From NCBI GenBank assembly GCA_016184305.1, contig JACPCX010000183.1:1-35277 (forward strand): DNA of 35,277 nt, in the 5' to 3' direction. This document shows, in pieces, positions 30,416-35,277 of the stretch. A program made the position numbers and the translations under genes. The notes below the pieces were generated by a model, which saw nothing but the letters and a program-made list of their open reading frames with translations, had not been told where the DNA came from and searched no databases. Numbering within the stretch: the first letter of the stretch is position 1; each line of letters opens with the position of its first letter. This DNA comes from Candidatus Rokuibacteriota bacterium (GTDB lineage Bacteria; Methylomirabilota; Methylomirabilia; Rokubacteriales; CSP1-6).

Positions 30416-31212
30416 GAGCCGCCGGCCGCCCCGCCCTGAGGCAGCACCAGCTCGCGAATCACGGCGCCGCGCGCGCCCAAGGGCGGGAGCGCGCGTCCGT
30501 TCAGCTCGAGCTGCAGTCCTCCGGCATTGCCCACCGTGAGGACGAAGCGTTTCTCCGCGCTCCACTCTCGCGTGGCTCCCGCGGGCAAGAGCTCCTGGAC
30601 GGACCCTCGGCCGTCCATCTCGACCTTGATCCACGTCGGTTCGAGGGCTCGAACCACGAGGCGCTGGCTTCCTCGCGGGGGCGGAGCCGCCGAGCCCCCC
30701 GGCGAGGTCGCCGACGGAGCCGCGGCCGGGGACTGCGTCGGCGGAATCCCGGACCCGGCGAATTGCGGGGCAGGCGGCACGTTTGCGACGGGCTCCATCC
30801 TCACCGCGTTGAGCTCGGGCCTGCTCGCCACCTTCTCGGGGGATCCGCGGAGTCCGACATTGACGGCCAGCAGCGTCCCGGCCAGCAGAACCAGCAGGAC
30901 GAAGCTGACGACGAGGGCTCCGCGGCGCCGTACCGGCGCGCCCGCCCGCGCAGTCGCCGTCCACTGCGCAGGGTGGGCCTCGCCCAGCAGGGCCTGGTAG
31001 CGCGACAGGGCCTGGTCGGGCGAAACCTGAAGGAACCCGCAATAGGCTCGAATGAAGCCCTTGACGAACACGGGCGCCGGCAGCTCGATCAGCTCCTCGG
31101 CCTCGAGCGCCTCGAGATGGCGCTTGCCGACCCGCGTCGCGCGCGCCATCTCGTCCAGGGAGGCCCCCCCGGCTTCTCGCAGCTCACGTAGGTATCCCCC
31201 CAGCGTTCCCAT
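30412..31212 (-). CDS. rodZ: RodZ-like protein (N-terminal HTH, one TM helix, C-terminal DUF4115-like domain)
   Basis: LGGYLRELRE...LPAPVFVKGFIRAYC, hydrophobic TM, Pro-rich linker, LTVGNAGGLQLELNG. Confidence 0.82.
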   Translation of the reverse strand: MGTLGGYLRELREAGGASLDEMARATRVGKRHLEALEAEELIELPAPVFVKGFIRAYCGFLQVSPDQALSRYQALLGEAHPAQWTATARAGAPVRRRGALVVSFVLLVLLAGTLLAVNVGLRGSPEKVASRPELNAVRMEPVANVPPAPQFAGSGIPPTQSPAAAPSATSPGGSAAPPPRGSQRLVVRALEPTWIKVEMDGRGSVQELLPAGATREWSAEKRFVLTVGNAGGLQLELNGRALPPLGARGAVIRELVLPQGGAAGGS

Positions 31213-31230
31213 GATGGATCATCCAGGGGG

Positions 31231-31260
31231 AGTGTAAACTTGCGCGAGCGGAACAGTCAA
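31231..31260 (-). promoter_or_regulatory. Sigma70-type promoter upstream of rodZ-ftsY-rib genes
   Basis: TTGACT (31260-31255), 18-nt spacer, TACACT (31236-31231) in the smc-rodZ gap. Confidence 0.65.
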
Positions 31261-31273
31261 CCAACGAGCGAAG

Positions 31274-34200
31274 TTACGCTTCAGTCAGCCTTACCGATAC
31301 GAGGCGGGAGAGCCCAGGCTCTTCCATGGTCACGCCGTACAGCACATCGGCGGCTTCCATGGTCTTCCGGTTGTGGGTGATCACCACGAACTGGGTGTGG
31401 GAGCACAGCTCACGCAATACCCGGAGGAAGCGGTGGATGTTGGCGTCGTCCAGCGGGGCGTCGACCTCGTCCAGCACGCAGAACGGGCTGGGGTGGTAGT
31501 AGAAGATGGCGAAGAGGAGGGCCAAGCCGGTCAGCGCCTTCTCCCCGCCGGACATGAGGCTCACCGCCTGCAGCCGCTTGCCCCGCGGCTGGGCCATGAG
31601 CTCCACCCCGAGCTCCAGCGGATCGTCCTCCGCTTCTTCGGGCTCCACCATCCGCAGCTCCGCGCGCCCCCCTTCGAACAGGCGCGCGAAGATATCGGCG
31701 AAGTGGCGGTTGATCTGCTCGAACGCCTCCCGGAAGCGCTCCTGCGCCGTCCCCGTCATCCGCCGGATCGCCTTCTCGAGGTCCTTCATGGAGGCCACGA
31801 GGTCGTCGTGCTGGGTGCGGAGGAAGTTGATCCGCTCCTCGAGCTCCCGGTATTCCTCGTCCGCCACCAGGTTGACCGCGCCCATGGCCTCCAGCTTGGC
31901 CGCCATCTCCTCGTGGCGAGCCTTGACCTGAGCGAGGTCGGCCGACGGGTCGTGAGCCGCCAGCAGCGCGTCCCGGCCGTCGACCCCATGGTTACGTCGA
32001 GCCTCCTGGAGCAGCTCCTCGCGGTGCACCCGCCCTTCGGCCTCGTCGATCTCGAGCTCATGGGTGCGGCCGACCAAACGCTGGCGTTCCTGGTCGGCAG
32101 CTCGCAGCTCCGTCTCGAGGGTCTGGCAGTCAGCAGCCCGGCGGTCGCGCTCCTCCGCCGCCACGCGGACCTCGGCCTCGAGTCGGTCCCGCTCCACGAC
32201 AACCTCGCGAGCCCTCGCATCGGCCCGCTCGGCTTCCTGAGCGAGCTCGGCCCGCCGCTCCACCGTCTGCGCGCGCCGCACCGTCGACTGGTCCAGGCGG
32301 GCGCCCGCCTCGATGTCGAGCTCCTCGAGCCGCTCCAGGTCTCGCGCGAACCCCTCCGCCCGCTCGGCCACCGCGGCCAGCTCGACGCGACAGGCGGTGA
32401 GCTCGCCGGCCAGCGTCCCCTCCTCCCGCTGTCCCGCGTCCACGCTCTCCCGAACGGATTCCATCTCGCGCTCGACGGCGGCCTCCGCCTCCCGGATGCC
32501 CAGCAGGGCGGCCTCCACATCCTCGAACCGCGCCGTGGTTTCCGCGCGCTCCCCGTCGAGATGACCCCGCTCGGCCTCGAGAGTTTCGAGGTGCCGTCGG
32601 GTCCGCTCCTCTTCCCGGGCCGCTGCCTCCAGGTCCTTGCTTCCGGCCAGGCGGAGCGCCTCCTGCGCCTGCAGCGACGACCGGAGCCCCACTTCCCGCG
32701 AGCGCAGCGCCACGATCTCGGCATCCATGGCCTCCAGCAAGCCGCGCTGCAGCGCCGCGTCGCGCTCGATGGCCTCGACCTCGTCACGCATCTGCCGGAT
32801 GGAGCGCTTCCGCCTGAGGATCGAGTGGTCGTGGTCGCCGCTGTCGCCGTTGCGTCGGCCGCCGGTGAGCCGCCCCGTGGGGGAGAGAACCTCCCCCGCC
32901 GGCGTCACATAGGTCGCGACGACGCCGTTCCGTCGCCAGAGAGTCTCGGCCTGATCGAGATGCGCCACGACACCCACCCGGCCCAGCAGGTATCGCAGCA
33001 GCGCGGGATGGGGACCGCCCACGAGGCGCGTTGCCCAGCGGACTTCCTCCGAGTCATCGAGCGGGGCCTCGCCGGCCGGCAAGGTTTCGAGCGGGAGGAA
33101 GGTCGCCGAGCCCGCCCCTTCACGCTCCAGATAGCCCAGCGCGGCCCGCGCGTGCTCGAAGCGCTCGACGACCACCCACTGCAGACGATCGCCCAGAACT
33201 CCCTCCACGGCGGTTTCCAGACCGCGCGGCACCTCGAGGAGATCGGCGACAGTGCCGACCACACCCCGCAGGGACACCCGCCCTCCTGCGAAGATCGCGC
33301 GGACACCGGCGCCATAGCCCTCGCGCTCACGCTCGAGGACGGTCAGGGCGTCGAGCTGCGACTGGCGACCAGCCAGGGCGAGCCGGAGGTCGGCCACGGT
33401 CGCCTGCATGTGCGCCCGCAGTCGCTCCCGCTCGCCGAGGTCGGCCTCGACCTGCTGTCGCTCGCCTTCGAGCAGGGACAGCTGCGCCCCCGTCCGGTGG
33501 TGGCGCTCCTCCAGGCTGCCGCGCGCGGCGGCGAGACTCCTCGCCTCGGCCTCTGCCTGGCGGACCTCGGCCTCGAGGCGCTCGAGCCTCCGCTGGAAGT
33601 TGACCGACCGCTCGCGGAGCTCTCCCGCTTCCCGGGTGAGCTCGGCCCGCCGCCCGGCGGTCCGGACCTGATCGAGACGGAGGCGCTCGAGGCGGCGACG
33701 CAGCTCGTCGAGGCGGCCTCGGCTCCCCTGGACCAGGACCTCCAGCTCGCCCAAGCGCCGTCCGTGCTCCGCGTGACGCTGCCGCGCCTCCGCCAGCCCC
33801 CGCGCCTTCTCCTCGCGCTCGACACCGAAGCCGAGCCGGCGCTCGCCGATCGTCCGGATGTCCTCGGCCAGCCGGATGTCCTCGGCGTCGAGCTCCCGGA
33901 TCTGCGTCCCGATGTGATCCCGTCGCTCGATCAGGGCCGCGGCGTCGAGCTGCATCTTCTGCACGGACTGCCTGAGGTCGGCGAGCTGGTACTCCACCTC
34001 CTGCACGCTGTGCCGCTGGAGCGTCTCGCGCGCGGTGAGCGCGGCGATGAGCGTCTGGCGCTCCTCCATTGCCGCCCGGAGTCGCGAGAGCTCCTGCGCC
34101 ACAACCTCGTGCCGGCTCGTCAGCGCCGCGAAGTCCGCCGCCACCATCACGAGCGCCAGGGCCTGCCGCTCCTGGTGGAGGGCCTTGTACTGCTGGGCCT

Positions 34201-34828
34201 TGCGCGCCTGCCGCTCGAGCGAGGCAAGCTGGCGCCGCTCCGTGTCCATGACGTCGCGCACTCGCTGCAGGTTCTGCCGCGTGGCCTCCAGCTTGCCCTG
34301 CGCGTCCGCACGTTGCTGCTTGTACCGCGCGACCCCCGCGGCCTCCTCGATGAATGATCGCCGCTCCCACGGCTGGGCGGTCAGCACGTGATTGAGCCGG
34401 TCCTGGTCCATCAGCGCGTAGGCTTTCGGATTCACCCCCGTGCCGGCGAAGAGGTCCTGGATGTCTCGCAGGCGGCAGACGTTCTTGTTGAGGAGGTACT
34501 CGCTGTCGCCCGTGCGGTAGAGGCGGCGGGCCACGCTCACCTCGCTCCACGGGACGCTGAGCGTGCCGTCGTTGTCGAAGATGAGGTTGACCTCGGACAT
34601 CCCGATGGACTTCCGGGAGGCCGACCCGTGGAAGATCACGTCCTCCATCCGGTGGCCGCGAAGCGTCTTCGGACTCTGCTCGCCGAGGGCCCAGCGGATG
34701 GCGTCCGCGACATTGGACTTGCCGCAGCCGTTCGGGCCGACAATGCAGGTGATCCCGGGGAGCACCCGGATTTCCGTCTTCTCCGCGAAGGACTTGAAGC
34801 CATGGAGGACGATCTGTTGGAGCCGCAT
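31274..34828 (-). CDS. smc: Chromosome segregation protein SMC
   Basis: 1184 aa; GFKSFA, GPNGCGKSN, coiled coils, hinge (GSATFLPL, GRLTGG), MSGGEK, LDEVDAPLD, ITHN. Confidence 0.97.
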   Translation of the reverse strand: MRLQQIVLHGFKSFAEKTEIRVLPGITCIVGPNGCGKSNVADAIRWALGEQSPKTLRGHRMEDVIFHGSASRKSIGMSEVNLIFDNDGTLSVPWSEVSVARRLYRTGDSEYLLNKNVCRLRDIQDLFAGTGVNPKAYALMDQDRLNHVLTAQPWERRSFIEEAAGVARYKQQRADAQGKLEATRQNLQRVRDVMDTERRQLASLERQARKAQQYKALHQERQALALVMVAADFAALTSRHEVVAQELSRLRAAMEERQTLIAALTARETLQRHSVQEVEYQLADLRQSVQKMQLDAAALIERRDHIGTQIRELDAEDIRLAEDIRTIGERRLGFGVEREEKARGLAEARQRHAEHGRRLGELEVLVQGSRGRLDELRRRLERLRLDQVRTAGRRAELTREAGELRERSVNFQRRLERLEAEVRQAEAEARSLAAARGSLEERHHRTGAQLSLLEGERQQVEADLGERERLRAHMQATVADLRLALAGRQSQLDALTVLEREREGYGAGVRAIFAGGRVSLRGVVGTVADLLEVPRGLETAVEGVLGDRLQWVVVERFEHARAALGYLEREGAGSATFLPLETLPAGEAPLDDSEEVRWATRLVGGPHPALLRYLLGRVGVVAHLDQAETLWRRNGVVATYVTPAGEVLSPTGRLTGGRRNGDSGDHDHSILRRKRSIRQMRDEVEAIERDAALQRGLLEAMDAEIVALRSREVGLRSSLQAQEALRLAGSKDLEAAAREEERTRRHLETLEAERGHLDGERAETTARFEDVEAALLGIREAEAAVEREMESVRESVDAGQREEGTLAGELTACRVELAAVAERAEGFARDLERLEELDIEAGARLDQSTVRRAQTVERRAELAQEAERADARAREVVVERDRLEAEVRVAAEERDRRAADCQTLETELRAADQERQRLVGRTHELEIDEAEGRVHREELLQEARRNHGVDGRDALLAAHDPSADLAQVKARHEEMAAKLEAMGAVNLVADEEYRELEERINFLRTQHDDLVASMKDLEKAIRRMTGTAQERFREAFEQINRHFADIFARLFEGGRAELRMVEPEEAEDDPLELGVELMAQPRGKRLQAVSLMSGGEKALTGLALLFAIFYYHPSPFCVLDEVDAPLDDANIHRFLRVLRELCSHTQFVVITHNRKTMEAADVLYGVTMEEPGLSRLVSVRLTEA

Positions 34829-34878
34829 TGTTCGCCCCGCCGGGGCGCCTTACAGATACCACAGCGATCGTCTGGGAC

Positions 34879-34911
34879 AAAGAAAAAAACCCCACGCCTG
34901 GGGGCGCGGGG
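34879..34911 (-). terminator. Rho-independent terminator after secA
   Basis: Minus strand CCCCGCGCC-CCCA-GGCGTGGGG (9-bp stem with one G-U) followed by TTTTTTTCTTT. Confidence 0.88.
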
Positions 34912-34946
34912 CCTGGAGGCTACCAGATGTGGCCCGGGGGGGCCTC

Positions 34947-35277
34947 CTAACCGCCCTTCAGGAGGCAGCACTTCTTGTACTTCTTGCCTGACCCGCAGGG
35001 GCAGGGGTCGTTCCGGCCGACCTTGCCCCCGGCCGCCGTTCGGGGCTCCGCCCGGCTGGCCGGGCGCGAGGCGGCCCCCGGCTCACCCCCCCGGCTCTCC
35101 TGCCAGCGCGCCGGCGCTGCCGGGGCCACCCGCACGGGGGCCGCCTCGTCACGCACCATCCGCACCTTGAAGAACTGTTCCACGACCACTTCCTTCAGGT
35201 GGGCGACCATCTCCTGGAACATCTCGAAGGCTTCCCTCTTGTACTCCGTCAGCGGATCCCGCTGGCCATACCCGCGC
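34947..35277 (-). CDS. secA: Protein translocase subunit SecA, C-terminal fragment
   Basis: [20 protein letters not shown]...[20 protein letters not shown] (SEC-C motif); continues beyond the window. Confidence 0.95.
   Translation of the reverse strand, partial: RGYGQRDPLTEYKREAFEMFQEMVAHLKEVVVEQFFKVRMVRDEAAPVRVAPAAPARWQESRGGEPGAASRPASRAEPRTAAGGKVGRNDPCPCGSGKKYKKCCLLKGG

Noticed and set aside
33854..33886. 15-bp direct repeat CCGGATGTCCTCGGC, two copies
   Set aside because: Encodes AEDIR twice within the SMC coiled coil; in frame, only two copies, not CRISPR-like.
31373..34357. Long plus-strand ORFs (e.g. 994 aa here, 874 aa at 20676-23300, 720 aa at 14229-16391)
   Set aside because: Antisense shadows of smc, lysS/prfB and bamA. 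High-GC codon bias removes stops, and no recognisable motifs are present.
31274..34828. SMC as a Wadjet/MksBEF-type defence ATPase
   Set aside because: Canonical housekeeping SMC with hinge near ftsY; no jetABD/mks partners adjacent.

Overview
High-GC (~70%) core-genome window from a diderm bacterium. The sequence style and gene order resemble Candidatus Rokubacteria/Methylomirabilota, but that is an impression, not a classification. All real genes lie on the minus strand and are tightly coupled. In transcription order: secA (3' end), terminator, smc, rodZ-like, ftsY, ribD-ribE-ribBA-ribH, nusB, metallophosphoesterase, lnt, prfB (programmed +1 frameshift), lysS, lolC/E, lolD, clpC, bamA, skp, lpxD, lpxA, GnnA-like oxidoreductase, lpxI, a 38-codon lpxB remnant, DUF374/LpxJ-like acyltransferase, waaA, lpxK, waaF and five GT4 glycosyltransferases. 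No mobile elements, CRISPR arrays or RNA genes were seen. Main oddities: (1) lpxB is reduced to an apparently non-polar mini-gene inside an otherwise intact lipid A operon; (2) one GT4 has a ~95-nt frameshifting deletion at an apparent microhomology; (3) the phosphoesterase appears to start at ATC; (4) the GnnA-like gene, LpxI, LpxJ-like gene and an unusual LpxA point to a non-E. coli-type, possibly diaminoglucose, lipid A. Items 1-3 could be assembly artefacts and need read-level checks.
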